From positions 13,251-77,250 of the forward strand of contig JAXGQJ010000009.1 in the NCBI GenBank assembly GCA_040766505.1: DNA of 64,000 nt, given 5' to 3'. A program made the position numbers and the translations under genes. The notes under the pieces are model-generated. The model saw nothing but the letters and a program-made list of their open reading frames with translations, did not search any database and had not been told where the DNA came from. Origin of the DNA: Clostridiales bacterium (lineage in GTDB: Bacteria > Bacillota > Dehalobacteriia > UBA7702). Shown here piece by piece: positions 54,250 through 63,591 of this stretch (position 1 is its first letter; every line of letters starts with the position of its first letter).

Positions 54250-54461
54250 GGCGAACCCCCCTATTTTAGATATTTTCTATTAGAACACAGGACTGCCGCT
54301 TTTGTCAACCCCGCCGCAGCATTGTCGCGCCCTTCCATGCCGAAACAATGGCCTGTATTCTTAATGCCGTCAAGAAATCAAAGCAGCGCTCATATTTCAC
54401 CGCGATTGCAGGCGCCAATAGGCAGCCATCAAGTGGCCTCCATACGGAAAAAACGATTGCA

Positions 54462-54884
54462 TTACTTTTTCAGCAGGGAAACGAGCTTCCAAAGGGCGGC
54501 GAAGAAGAGGATGGCCGGTAAAACCGGCGGGATCGGGGCAAAGAAGCCGAAAAAAGCGGGGAGAACGCCCATTTGCAGCAAGATGACCGCGCCAAACAGC
54601 TGCTGGGGCAGCAAGATGAGGCCGAGATACAGCAAAGAGAACAGCAGCGCCGCCACGAGGGAACCGCGCCGTTTTGGCTTTTCCCGGCAAAGGAGCAGGC
54701 TGAGATAGGCGACAACCAGAAAAGCCAAGGCCAAAACCGCGAGATAAGCGGCGGAAAAGGCCCCCCATTGTTTGCCCTGCCAGACCGGGCCGAGGCCAAT
54801 CTCATTGATGACCCGGTAGGCATAGAGGAAGAGCAGCGGAAAAAAGGCGAACAGCAGCGCCTTGAGATAGAGGGGAAGTTTCAA
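54462..54884 (-). CDS. hypothetical polytopic membrane protein
   Basis: Four or five hydrophobic helices. TTG start after an AAGGAG RBS. Last ORF of the Mo-enzyme-associated operon; no recognisable motif. Confidence 0.45.
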   Translation of the reverse strand: MKLPLYLKALLFAFFPLLFLYAYRVINEIGLGPVWQGKQWGAFSAAYLAVLALAFLVVAYLSLLLCREKPKRRGSLVAALLFSLLYLGLILLPQQLFGAVILLQMGVLPAFFGFFAPIPPVLPAILFFAALWKLVSLLKK

Positions 54885-54959
54885 AACGATCTCCTTTCCA
54901 CAGTCAGATGTCCATTGGCGGCATAGCGCCGCCATATCCGCTTTGGCCGCTTATTCGGA

Positions 54960-56094
54960 TCATCCAAATGATCCGGGATCGGCCGGGCCGTTTCCGGGGG
55001 ATTCCGACGCGGCGGCGGCGGTTTTTTCGGCATCGACGCCGCAGGCGGCGATTTGGGCCGCAACGGCCCTGGCCTTCGCTTCCCGTTCCCGCAGGGCCGG
55101 CAGATCGCCGAAGCGTTCATAAGCGGCGGCGAAACGGCCGGCGATGCCGACGAAACGATCCCCCATGACCATCTTATCGGCGAGAAAAAGTAGATCCTTT
55201 TCGGCCAGGATTTTTTCGGATCGATGCCGTCCCATATGGGCGCCGACAAGAACCGCCAATTCCGGCTGGCCGACGGCGAGGAGCCGCCCTTTGGCGACGG
55301 CGGCGTGGCCCCGTTCCCCTTGGCGAGGTCGTGAACGCGGCCGGCGGCATACACCGCCGCCCCGTCGAAGGAATGGCCCCGGCGGTTCAAAGCTCTCTGC
55401 CAGGCCGAGGCGGCGGCGGCCACCCGGTCGCAATGGGCTTGGAGTTGGGGGGGAAGGGGGGCCCGGGCCAACAGGTCCGCCACGAAAGCGAGGGGATCCC
55501 ACCGGGGGCAGGCGGCCGCCAGCTCCCGATATTCCTCTGGGGTGTCCATATCCCGCAGGATATGGGGATCCGGCACCGCCACCTCCTCGCCGCGATAGCG
55601 GCCCAGCAGGCCCCGGAATCCGTCGGGCCAGTCGCCGCGGAGAACCTCCCGGCCGATGGCGGCGGAAACCAGGATGGGATGGCCCCGTTCCCCGGCATAG
55701 ACGGGGTAGAAGAGCGGGCCGCCGCTTTCGGCATAGCGCCGCCACAAACGGCCCGGGGTATCGGCGGCGACCCCGGCAATGTCGGCGGGGTGCAAAAAAA
55801 ACATTTGGCGTTCCGGCGGCAGGCTAGCGATGCCGCGGCGGAGGGAAGAGAGCATGCCCTGCCGATAACCGGCATTTTCCACGAAGGTCACCTCTTCCCG
55901 GAAAGAGTTTGGCGGCAATCTCCTCCCGCCGGTGGCCCAAAACCACCCGGATATCGTCAATGCCGGCGCCGAGATAAGCGCCGATGACCCGATCCAGCGC
56001 ATACCGCCCCAATGGCAGCAAAGGCTTCACTCCCCCCATCCGAGAGGAAAGCGCCGGCGGCCAGGATCAGAGCGGCGGCCCGTTCAGCGCCCAT
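54960..56094 (-). pseudogene. MocA/MobA-like molybdenum-cofactor nucleotidyltransferase fused to an HD-domain, at least 2 frameshifts
   Basis: MGAERAAALILAAG..SSRMGGVKPLLPLG (NTP_transf_3 motif), ...FLHPADIAGV..., then an HD domain (AHCDRV...GRVHDLAK...) whose end is in ORF 54960..55745. Confidence 0.7.
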
Positions 56095-57132
56095 CGAAGC
56101 ATGCCCCAAAGCCCGAACGGCGATCAGTTCCCCGGCGATGCTGACGGCGATTTCCTCCGGCGTTTCGGCGCCGATTTTGAGTACCGCTGATCGGCGCATA
56201 GCAGCGGGCGATTTCCGCATCGCTGAACCTTCCTCCTGCAAGGCGGTAAAGACGGCCTTTGTCTTCTTGCGGCTGCCGATCATGCCGATATAGCGCGCCC
56301 CCGTTTTCAAACAGGCCGCCAGCACTTCCTTATCATGAAGGTGGCCCCGGGTCAGAATCACGCAATAGGTATCCGAGAGATCCCCCAAACCCTGAAATAG
56401 ATCGTCTTGAAAAGAGCCGAGCACCCGTAGCCATCGGCGCCGGGAAAGCGCCACCACGGCAACCTCCCGGTCGTCCATGACGATGACCTCGAAGCCGACG
56501 CTTTTTGCCACCGGGGCCAGTTTTTCACCGACATGGTCGGCGCCAAAGACCAATACCCGGCCGTCGGCCCCCAGCGGTTGCAGGTACATCCGGCCGTTTC
56601 CGATAGGGTGAATACGTCATAGCCCTTCATCTTATGAAGCAGCCCCGGTTCCCCCAGGAAAGCGGCCGACGCTGCCGTCGGCCAGGATCAGGCATTGGCG
56701 GCAGGCCATGCCCTGGCCGGATTTTGCCCCGGTTCCGGCAAGTAAAAGCCGTGCCAACCTTTTGCGCGGTGGATCACATCCTCCAATGCCTGATACACCT
56801 CCCGGCAGGCCATATCGCCGCCGTTCACATAGTCGATCCAGATTTCCACCTCGCCACCGCAGGCCATGCCTTCTTCCGCCGCGGAACCGGCTTTCATCTC
56901 AAATTCCAGCAAATGGGGACAGGCGGTTTCCAGCACTTCCGCCCCCGCCGCCCGGGCCGTCGCCTCCACCAGGCCGCCGCCGATGGTGCCGGCGATGGTG
57001 CCGTCGGGCCGGATCAGCATCTGGGCGCCGGTATGCCGCGGCGTATGCCCTTTTGCGCCACGATGGTGGCCAGGGCGAAGGAATCGCCCTCTGAAGCAGT
57101 TCCTGGGCGGCGGTGATGATTTCTCTCGTCAT
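56084..57132 (-). pseudogene. XdhC/CoxI family molybdoenzyme maturation protein, about 3 frameshifts
   Basis: MTREIITAAQELLQRGDSFALATIV, then MLIRPDGTIAGTIGGG (ORF 56688..57020), then the Rossmann part VLVFGADHVGEKLA...YIGMIGSRKK (ORF 55957..56589). Confidence 0.75.
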
Positions 57133-58436
57133 GGTTCTCTCTTCCTTTCCGTCTTGGGTGGTTTGCGCCGGTCGTCGATGGTACGTTTCCAGGTACCCCG
57201 GTTTTCAAAGCCGGTCAGCGGCGTGAAGCGGAAAGCTCCAGCCGCCAGCCGCTCCCCGGCAGCAGAGTGCCGCGACGGCGGCCCGCACCGCCGCCCCGGA
57301 CGGGGCACGAATACCGGCGACGTCCAGCAACAGCGCCTTTTCCTCGATGGCGGCGCGAAAATCCAGTATTTCCGGCAGGGGGAACAAAGCCCTTCATCCA
57401 ACTGCGGCTGGGAGAGGGCAAAGCCTTCTTCAAGGTCACGATGCCCCGCAGCCGGCCGGAAACCGGGCCAGGCGGCGCAAAAGCTGCCGCAGGAAGGCGA
57501 CGTCAGAAAACGGCTGTCCCCGGTGCGATAGCGGATAAAGGGCGCCTTGCCGGGTTAAGGTGCTGAACACCACCTCTCCCTCTTCTCCGGCGGGCAAGGC
57601 CCGGCCGGTGGCGGGATCGACAATTTCCAGCAGCAGATCCATTTCCCGCAGATGATAACCGTCCCGGGCGGCGCATTCCACGCCGCCGCCGAGGCCCGTT
57701 TCCGTCGTGCCATAATGGGCAAAAACCCGGCATTGCCACAGCGATTCCAGTACGCGGCAGAGGGATTTCGGCACATAATCGGCGCTTAAAAGCACCGTAT
57801 CGATATGGGCCCGCTCCCGATTGCCCCTTTCCCGGCCATAGCGGGCCAGGGCCAAAACCTGGTTGGGAATCCCCACGATGCAGCGGGCCCGGGAGGACAG
57901 CAGCGCCCGATAGGCGGCGTCCAGGTCGGCGACGGGGCCAAAGGCCACGCTGCCAATTTCTTGGCGGGCCAGGCCCTTCGCCAACAGATCGCCGATGCTG
58001 CCGGGCCGCGCGCCGGGCATCAGGATCAAGACCGGGCCCGGCGGATCCACCAGCGTGCGCATTCCGTGGGCAAAAAAATCTATCGTCAATTCCTGGTCCG
58101 CCCCGGTGAAAAAGACCCGTTTGGGGCCTCCTTCGGTGCCGGAGCTTTCCAGCGTAACGATGCGCTGGATCTCCTTGGCCAACGCAGCCAGGACAAAGGA
58201 TCGGCCCGCAGCATGTCGGCATCGGTAAAGGGCAGCGCCGCCAAATCCCCGGGGGTTCGCAGCTCCTCCAGGGCGATGGCGGCGAGATGGCGGCGATAAA
58301 AGGCGCTATGGGATCGCGCATAGGCGACGGTGCGGCGCAAACGCCGCAACTGCTCCGCTTCCAGAGCGGCGGCGTCGGCGGCTTTGCTTCCCGCGACGAT
58401 CCAGGCCTCCAGTGGGGTGACGGGCAGCGTCATCAT
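57129..58436 (-). pseudogene. PaaK/F390-synthetase-like adenylate-forming ligase, several frameshifts
   Basis: MMTLPVTPLEAW...AFYRRHL (ORF 58086..58436), the AMP motif LESSGTEGGPKRVFF, and YGTTETG (ORF 57436..58182). The C-terminal domain is scattered over frames down to 57129. Confidence 0.7.
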
Positions 58437-58873
58437 TTTTTTGCGCTCTCTTCTCTCATTTCTCTCATTTCTCTCATTTCATCCAGATCAAAACCGTTTT
58501 CAAACAGGATCTCTTTCGCTTGCAGGTAAACGTTTTCGATCAGGCCGGGGCAGACTTGGACGCGGTTTTGCATGTCCCCTTTTAAGATTTCCAGGCAGTC
58601 GACATTGCCATAGGCCTCTTGAAACCATTCTGACAGTTCCGGCACCATTTTATCCCTGGCCAATTCTTTATTAAAAAGCCCCAGCATGCAAGCGCCGCCG
58701 GAAAGCGCGCCGCAAAGCTTGCCGATCCGCATACCGCCGCAAAGGGTGGCAACGGCGTCCACCATCTGGGCGTTCTCTTCGCCCCTGGCTTCGAGGCCCA
58801 TCGCCACCAAAACCTGGGTACAGCACAAACCGCTTTCCACCAATGCGCGAACCCTTTTTATATCGTCGCTCAT
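58433..58873 (-). CDS. C_GCAxxG_C_C family (putative redox-active) protein
   Basis: SGLCCTQVLV, LCGGM...KLCGALSGGACMLG, NVDCLEI..VCPGLI. ATGA-type overlaps at both ends. Tail EMREMREMREE. Confidence 0.75.
   Translation of the reverse strand: MSDDIKRVRALVESGLCCTQVLVAMGLEARGEENAQMVDAVATLCGGMRIGKLCGALSGGACMLGLFNKELARDKMVPELSEWFQEAYGNVDCLEILKGDMQNRVQVCPGLIENVYLQAKEILFENGFDLDEMREMREMREESAKK
58451..58477. repeat. perfect 9-bp x3 tandem repeat (encodes MRE-MRE-MRE)
   Basis: TTCTCTCAT repeated at 58451-58459, 58460-58468 and 58469-58477. Confidence 0.9.
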
Positions 58874-59550
58874 CTTTTTTCCTCCTTTTCGGCGGCGATC
58901 AGGCAATATCCTGCTTTTCCGCCGCCTTTCTCACATTTTTCATCCCATCTTTTAGCGTTTTTTCCCCCCAGAAAAGCAGCGGGGGGAATGCCGTTCCAAA
59001 CCATTTCCGCCGCCAGAGCGGCCAAAACGCCGCTTTGGTCGGAAAAATGCAGGAGCCGGAAGGGGGCAAGCAAGGCCTCCAGCTCCTGCCGGTTTCGCAG
59101 CATCTGCCCTTGGCAGCCGGTGACGGATCCCGCCCGGCTGTAAAGGTCGGCGATGACGGCGACGCCGCCGGGCTTTAAAACCCGGCGCATTTCCGCCACC
59201 ACCGCTTTGGCGTCGGCGACGAGGGACAGAACGCATTCCGCCAAAACCCCGTCAAAAACACCGTCGTCAAAGGGCAGGCGTTCCCCGACGGCGGCAATCA
59301 GTTCCAAACCGGGGTGGAGCTCCCCGGCCCTGGCCCGCAGCAGCGGCGAGGGCTCGACGCCGACGGCCTCATAACCATAGCTTTCCCGCAACAGCGCCAC
59401 GGTGGCTCCATCCCCGGCGCCTATGTCGAGAATACGGGCGGCGGCGGGAAAGGCGGCCAAGGCCAGGGCCTTCTCGGTCAGCGCCCTGCCGCCGGGGTGG
59501 AGCTTCCCTCCCAGCGCCGCTTTCGTGGCGGCGTCCTCATACCGTTTCAT
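58870..59550 (-). CDS. class I SAM-dependent methyltransferase with a Cys-containing C-terminal extension
   Basis: ILDIGAGDGATV (motif I), LKPGGVAVIADL, and a C-terminal part with GCQGQ and KCEKGGGKAGYCLI. Its stop overlaps the next start. Confidence 0.75.
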   Translation of the reverse strand: MKRYEDAATKAALGGKLHPGGRALTEKALALAAFPAAARILDIGAGDGATVALLRESYGYEAVGVEPSPLLRARAGELHPGLELIAAVGERLPFDDGVFDGVLAECVLSLVADAKAVVAEMRRVLKPGGVAVIADLYSRAGSVTGCQGQMLRNRQELEALLAPFRLLHFSDQSGVLAALAAEMVWNGIPPAAFLGGKNAKRWDEKCEKGGGKAGYCLIAAEKEEKR

Positions 59551-59554
59551 AGGC

Positions 59555-60898
59555 TTATTTCCTTCGGTACAGGCCTTGCCCTGCCTCATTCGTCACTTGA
59601 TAAGCGCAGAAGGGAACCAGCCTTTCATCGGCGGTCAGCACCTGCACCCGGCACTTTTGCAGCCGATCCACATCAAGGTTCCAAACGTCTTGAAAGGCCA
59701 TGCCCGTCAAAGTGAAACCGTCCTCCCTGAGATGCCGCAGCACCCGGTCAAAACCGTCCTCTTCTCCGCAGCAACCGCCGCCGTTTTCCGGCAGCGTCCA
59801 TTTGTTCAAAACGAAATCCCGGTCTTTGGCGACGATCTCTTCCGGCGTGGGGCAGCAGCAGCCGCAGCTTTCCGCCGGTTTCATCGCCAAGATGCCGTCG
59901 CCCTCCCGCAGGAAAGCGCCATAAAAGCAGCAGAGGGGATGCCCCGTCTGCAAGGGGGCGAGATCCTGCCGCCTGATCTTGCCGCCGGTCTGTTTTTCCA
60001 GCTCGATCATCACCGTATCGAGGGTGACCCGGCCCTCCTCCGGCGGCGGCCCGGGATAGCGGCCAAAATAACTGACCGGCTGGAAGTGGATGCCCCGGAC
60101 ATGGGGCATATGATCGAGCATGAATTGGAACATCGCGCCGATTTCATGGACATTGACGCCGGGGGTCACCGTCGGCACCAAGGTGACCGGCAACCCGGCG
60201 GCGGCGCAATGCTCCACCGCCTGCTTCTTATTGGCGAAAAGGGGTTCCCCCCTCAATTGCCGATAGATCGCGTCGTCAATGCCGTCAAATTGCATAAAGA
60301 CGACGGACAAGCCCGCCTCCCGCAGCGTTTTCGCATAGGAGGGATCCTCCCCCAGCCTGCGGCCATTGCTGTTCAATTGGATATAGGTGAAGCCTTTTTC
60401 CCGGCCCATGGCGATGATGGCGGGGAGATCCTCCCGCACCGTCGGCTCGCCGCCGGAAATCTGGATATTGAAGGGCCGCTCTTCTCCCCATTCCCGCAGC
60501 CGGTCATACCATTGGGCGATCCGCTCCAAAGAGGGGTCGGCGGCGGGGCTTTCATTGGCCGAGGCGAAGCAGAGCGGGCACTTTTGATTGCAGCGCATCG
60601 TTACGTCCAACAGCACGCAACAGGCGGTCTGTTTATGGTTGGGGCAAAGGCCGCAATCGAAGGGGCAGCCCTTGTCCGTTTCGGTTTGGGGCAATCGCCC
60701 GGGAATATTGGTGGTTTCCACCATCCATTGGGAAAAGGAAGCGGCGTCCTCCCAGACCAAGGTGGTGTAGGCGCCGTGTTCCGGGCATTCCTTCACCAGA
60801 TAGACCCGATTGCCGTCCTGCCGGTAGGTGGCGGGAACCCGTTTCAAGCAGCGGGGGCAAAGGCTTTCGGTCGCCGAAATTGTCTTAGCATCGCTCAT
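59555..60898 (-). CDS. radical SAM enzyme with an N-terminal zinc-ribbon and a large C-terminal domain
   Basis: CPRC...CPEHG ribbon and CNQKCPLC (CxxxCxxC). GGEPT. Cys-rich CGCCC and GGCCG patches. Tail MAFQDVWNLDVDRLQKCRV. 447 aa from M56 of the track ORF. Confidence 0.8.
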   Translation of the reverse strand: MSDAKTISATESLCPRCLKRVPATYRQDGNRVYLVKECPEHGAYTTLVWEDAASFSQWMVETTNIPGRLPQTETDKGCPFDCGLCPNHKQTACCVLLDVTMRCNQKCPLCFASANESPAADPSLERIAQWYDRLREWGEERPFNIQISGGEPTVREDLPAIIAMGREKGFTYIQLNSNGRRLGEDPSYAKTLREAGLSVVFMQFDGIDDAIYRQLRGEPLFANKKQAVEHCAAAGLPVTLVPTVTPGVNVHEIGAMFQFMLDHMPHVRGIHFQPVSYFGRYPGPPPEEGRVTLDTVMIELEKQTGGKIRRQDLAPLQTGHPLCCFYGAFLREGDGILAMKPAESCGCCCPTPEEIVAKDRDFVLNKWTLPENGGGCCGEEDGFDRVLRHLREDGFTLTGMAFQDVWNLDVDRLQKCRVQVLTADERLVPFCAYQVTNEAGQGLYRRK

Positions 60899-60984
60899 TC
60901 GCTCATACCCACACTTTCTGTTCCGATTTAGAGCGGCGCGGCGCAAAACCGGGAAAACCCGTCTTTGGGCCGGTCGCCGGGGCT

Positions 60985-61176
60985 TTATTTGTCTTCCAAG
61001 GTGGCTTCGACCTGGGCGACCTTTCCTTTCACCAAATCTTCGGAGATATAGACCTGGCCGCATTGGGGGCAGACCGGCAGATCCGCCGGAAATTCATAGT
61101 CGAGATAGCGCAAGAAAATCTTGCGCTCCTCCAAGGCCACATTGCAAAGATCGCAAATCGCTTGTTCCGTCGTCAT
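60985..61176 (-). CDS. 63-aa zinc-ribbon (CxxC...CxxC) protein
   Basis: MTTEQAICDLCNVALEERKIFLRYLDYEFPADLPVCPQCGQVYISEDL.... GGAGGAG RBS. ATGA overlap with the stop of the 767-aa gene. Confidence 0.6.
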   Translation of the reverse strand: MTTEQAICDLCNVALEERKIFLRYLDYEFPADLPVCPQCGQVYISEDLVKGKVAQVEATLEDK

Positions 61177-63476
61177 CGCTTCTCCTCCTGAATCTGGAGG
61201 CGGTGGCAATAGACATTGCGGACGCGGTAGCCATCCCCCTCCGGCACATACTCCACCCAATAGGTGATGATGCCGATTTGCAAATGGGCCAGAAAACCGT
61301 CTCCCCGCCGCAGCCGGCGGCGGCTTTTTTCCGCCGCGGCGATCACCTTTTGCACATCTTCGGCAAGGATCAGGAGATCGTCCATCTTTTTCTGCACCTC
61401 TTCGGACAGGAGCAGGCAAATCTTTTCATATTCCCGTTTTTCCATCTTGGTTTCTACCCCCCATTCCTCCCGCAACAACCGCTCCTTCAGCCGCACCCGG
61501 TTTTGCCGCCGGTCGCCCAAAGACGGCGCTTTTCGCGGCTTACCGTCGCCAAAGGCAAGATCCAACAGATGGCAACTGTTCTTCCCCTGGCTGGCAAAAA
61601 CATCGCGGCAATTGGCGCAATAGCAGATATAGTCGTGGGGGCTGGCGGCGGCGCGCTTGGCCCGGATTTCCTTCGTCAGATCCGGGTTCGCGGCATAGGT
61701 CAGCCCACCATAGGTGCAGCATTGGCTTCTTTCGCCGTGATAAGGCAGTTCCTCGACACGGTAACCGCTCTTTTCCAACAGCTTTCGGACAGCATGGCGG
61801 GTCTTGGCCTCCCGCCGGGCGGAACAGGGGTCAAAAACCGTAACGGTTCGCCCCTCTCCCGGCTTCAGGCCGATCTCAGCCCCTTCGGCGGCAAGATGGT
61901 CGATCAGCGAAGAGAATCGCGCCGCCGGGAGATACTGTTTTAACTGCTTCATACAAGAAGGGCAAGCGAGAATCAGCTCCGGCCTTCCCTTTGCCTCCCA
62001 ATCGGCCTCGATTGCCGCCAGCACTTCTTCCATCCGGTCGAGACGCCCGGCCCAGGCCGCCGGCGCGCCGCAGCAGGAAAGCGACAGGGCCACCCGGTCT
62101 TCCCCCAAGCGGCGCTTCAAAAAGCGATAGCTCTCCACCACCACATCGGGATCGGAGGCCCCCAGCTGGCAGCCGGGGAAAAAGAGATATGGCGCCGCCG
62201 CCGCTCCCGCCGGCAAGCGGGAAAGAAAAGCGTCCTCCCCCTGGGTGAAGGCCATATCCCGCAGCCAGAAATCGTGAAAGGTTTCGGGCATTTTGCCCTT
62301 TTCCACCATCAAAACCCTGGCCCCCTGGCAAACGCCGCCCATATCGACGCCTACATGGCAAACCTCCTTGCAGAGGCCACAGAGATTGCAGGAGTTGATA
62401 AAGCGGTTGGAGGCGCTGGGGGCGATGCCCTTGATGGTGTTCAGGCTTTGCACCACATTGCCGATGTATTGCTTCGGCACATCGCGGAAATGCGCCAAAA
62501 ATTCGCAGCCTTTCAAACAATTGTCGCATTTGCATTGCAGGCAGCGGCCGGCTTCGGCCAAAAGCTCCCCCTTATCATAGCCTTCCCCGTCCTGGGGGAC
62601 GATGGCGGCGGTTGGCTCCACCCCCCGGGTTTCGGTATAGAGCTTCGTTTCCACCCGGCCTTCATATTCCCTGTCCAGCACCAGCGAGGACTTTTTTAAA
62701 AACCGCTCGATGGATTTCGCGGCGCGAAAACCGTCGGCGATGAGCTGGCTGGAGGAAACCTCCTCTCCGGTACCGCGAACCAGCGTGCCGCCTACAAAGA
62801 CGCCGGGCCGGGCGCTTTCAAGGGAAATGGGGTGAAAGGCGGGACGCCCCCCTTCCCCTAAGGGCAGCGGAAATCCGGCGGCGCCGGTGGCGATGAAAAA
62901 CACGTCCCCCTCCACCTCGCCAATGTCCTTCACCTCACGGTTGAAGTGGAAACGGACGTCCTCATCGGCGGGAAGGCCGGAAAATGTTTTTTCCAAAAGC
63001 TCCGGCGGCAGCAGCGCCGGATCCGCCTGCCAAAGGGAACCGCCCAGCCGGTCGCTCTTTTCATACAGCTCCACAGGATAGCCCTTGCGGGATAGGTTGA
63101 TTGCGCAGCTCAATCCCGTTAAGCCGCCGCCGATCACGGCGACCAGCCCTTCCTTTTCCGGTATCGAAAACCGGGGCAGCGGGCGTTTTTTGGCATGGTC
63201 GCAAAGCCCCCGTTCGATGCCGCGCAGATCGATGGCTTCGCCCAAATCGCGGCGAATGCAATCTTGGCGGCAGGGGGCATTGCAGGTGCGGCTAACGATT
63301 TCGGGGAACAATACCTGGCTGCGATAGGCCTTATAGTCACCGTTGAAATCTTCCCGCATAATTTTTCCGATCATGCCGCGAACGTCGACATGGAGGGGGC
63401 AGCCATTGGTGCAAAACACCACTTCCTCAGCGACGCATTTCGGGGCTTCTTTGATAATATCGTTTTCGTTCAGCAT
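61173..63476 (-). CDS. 767-aa multidomain flavo-iron-sulfur oxidoreductase (GltD-like FAD/NAD(P) module + 2x[4Fe-4S] + two CCG/HdrD-GlpC-like domains + unknown C-terminal domain)
   Basis: VAVIGGGLTGLSCA dinucleotide fold. CLQCKCDNCLKGC and CNLCGLCKEVC ferredoxin motifs. FFPGCQLG and FDPCSAR...CCTYGG CCG-type motifs. Intact. Confidence 0.75.
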   Translation of the reverse strand: MLNENDIIKEAPKCVAEEVVFCTNGCPLHVDVRGMIGKIMREDFNGDYKAYRSQVLFPEIVSRTCNAPCRQDCIRRDLGEAIDLRGIERGLCDHAKKRPLPRFSIPEKEGLVAVIGGGLTGLSCAINLSRKGYPVELYEKSDRLGGSLWQADPALLPPELLEKTFSGLPADEDVRFHFNREVKDIGEVEGDVFFIATGAAGFPLPLGEGGRPAFHPISLESARPGVFVGGTLVRGTGEEVSSSQLIADGFRAAKSIERFLKKSSLVLDREYEGRVETKLYTETRGVEPTAAIVPQDGEGYDKGELLAEAGRCLQCKCDNCLKGCEFLAHFRDVPKQYIGNVVQSLNTIKGIAPSASNRFINSCNLCGLCKEVCHVGVDMGGVCQGARVLMVEKGKMPETFHDFWLRDMAFTQGEDAFLSRLPAGAAAAPYLFFPGCQLGASDPDVVVESYRFLKRRLGEDRVALSLSCCGAPAAWAGRLDRMEEVLAAIEADWEAKGRPELILACPSCMKQLKQYLPAARFSSLIDHLAAEGAEIGLKPGEGRTVTVFDPCSARREAKTRHAVRKLLEKSGYRVEELPYHGERSQCCTYGGLTYAANPDLTKEIRAKRAAASPHDYICYCANCRDVFASQGKNSCHLLDLAFGDGKPRKAPSLGDRRQNRVRLKERLLREEWGVETKMEKREYEKICLLLSEEVQKKMDDLLILAEDVQKVIAAAEKSRRRLRRGDGFLAHLQIGIITYWVEYVPEGDGYRVRNVYCHRLQIQEEKR

Positions 63477-63521
63477 AGATTTTCCCCATCTTGGCAGCGG
63501 ATCGCCTGCGCCTTGTTAGAA

Positions 63522-63550
63522 GTTCACCTGCCGCAAAGCGGCAGGTGAAC
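63522..63550 (-). other. strong intercistronic hairpin between the Mo-enzyme gene and the accessory operon
   Basis: GTTCACCTGCCGC-ttt-GCGGCAGGTGAAC (13-bp perfect stem, 3-nt loop), followed only by TTCT on the minus strand. Confidence 0.6.
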
Positions 63551-63591
63551 GCAGGCTATCAGCCAGTTTGCTATCGGTAGTCTATCAAGGG

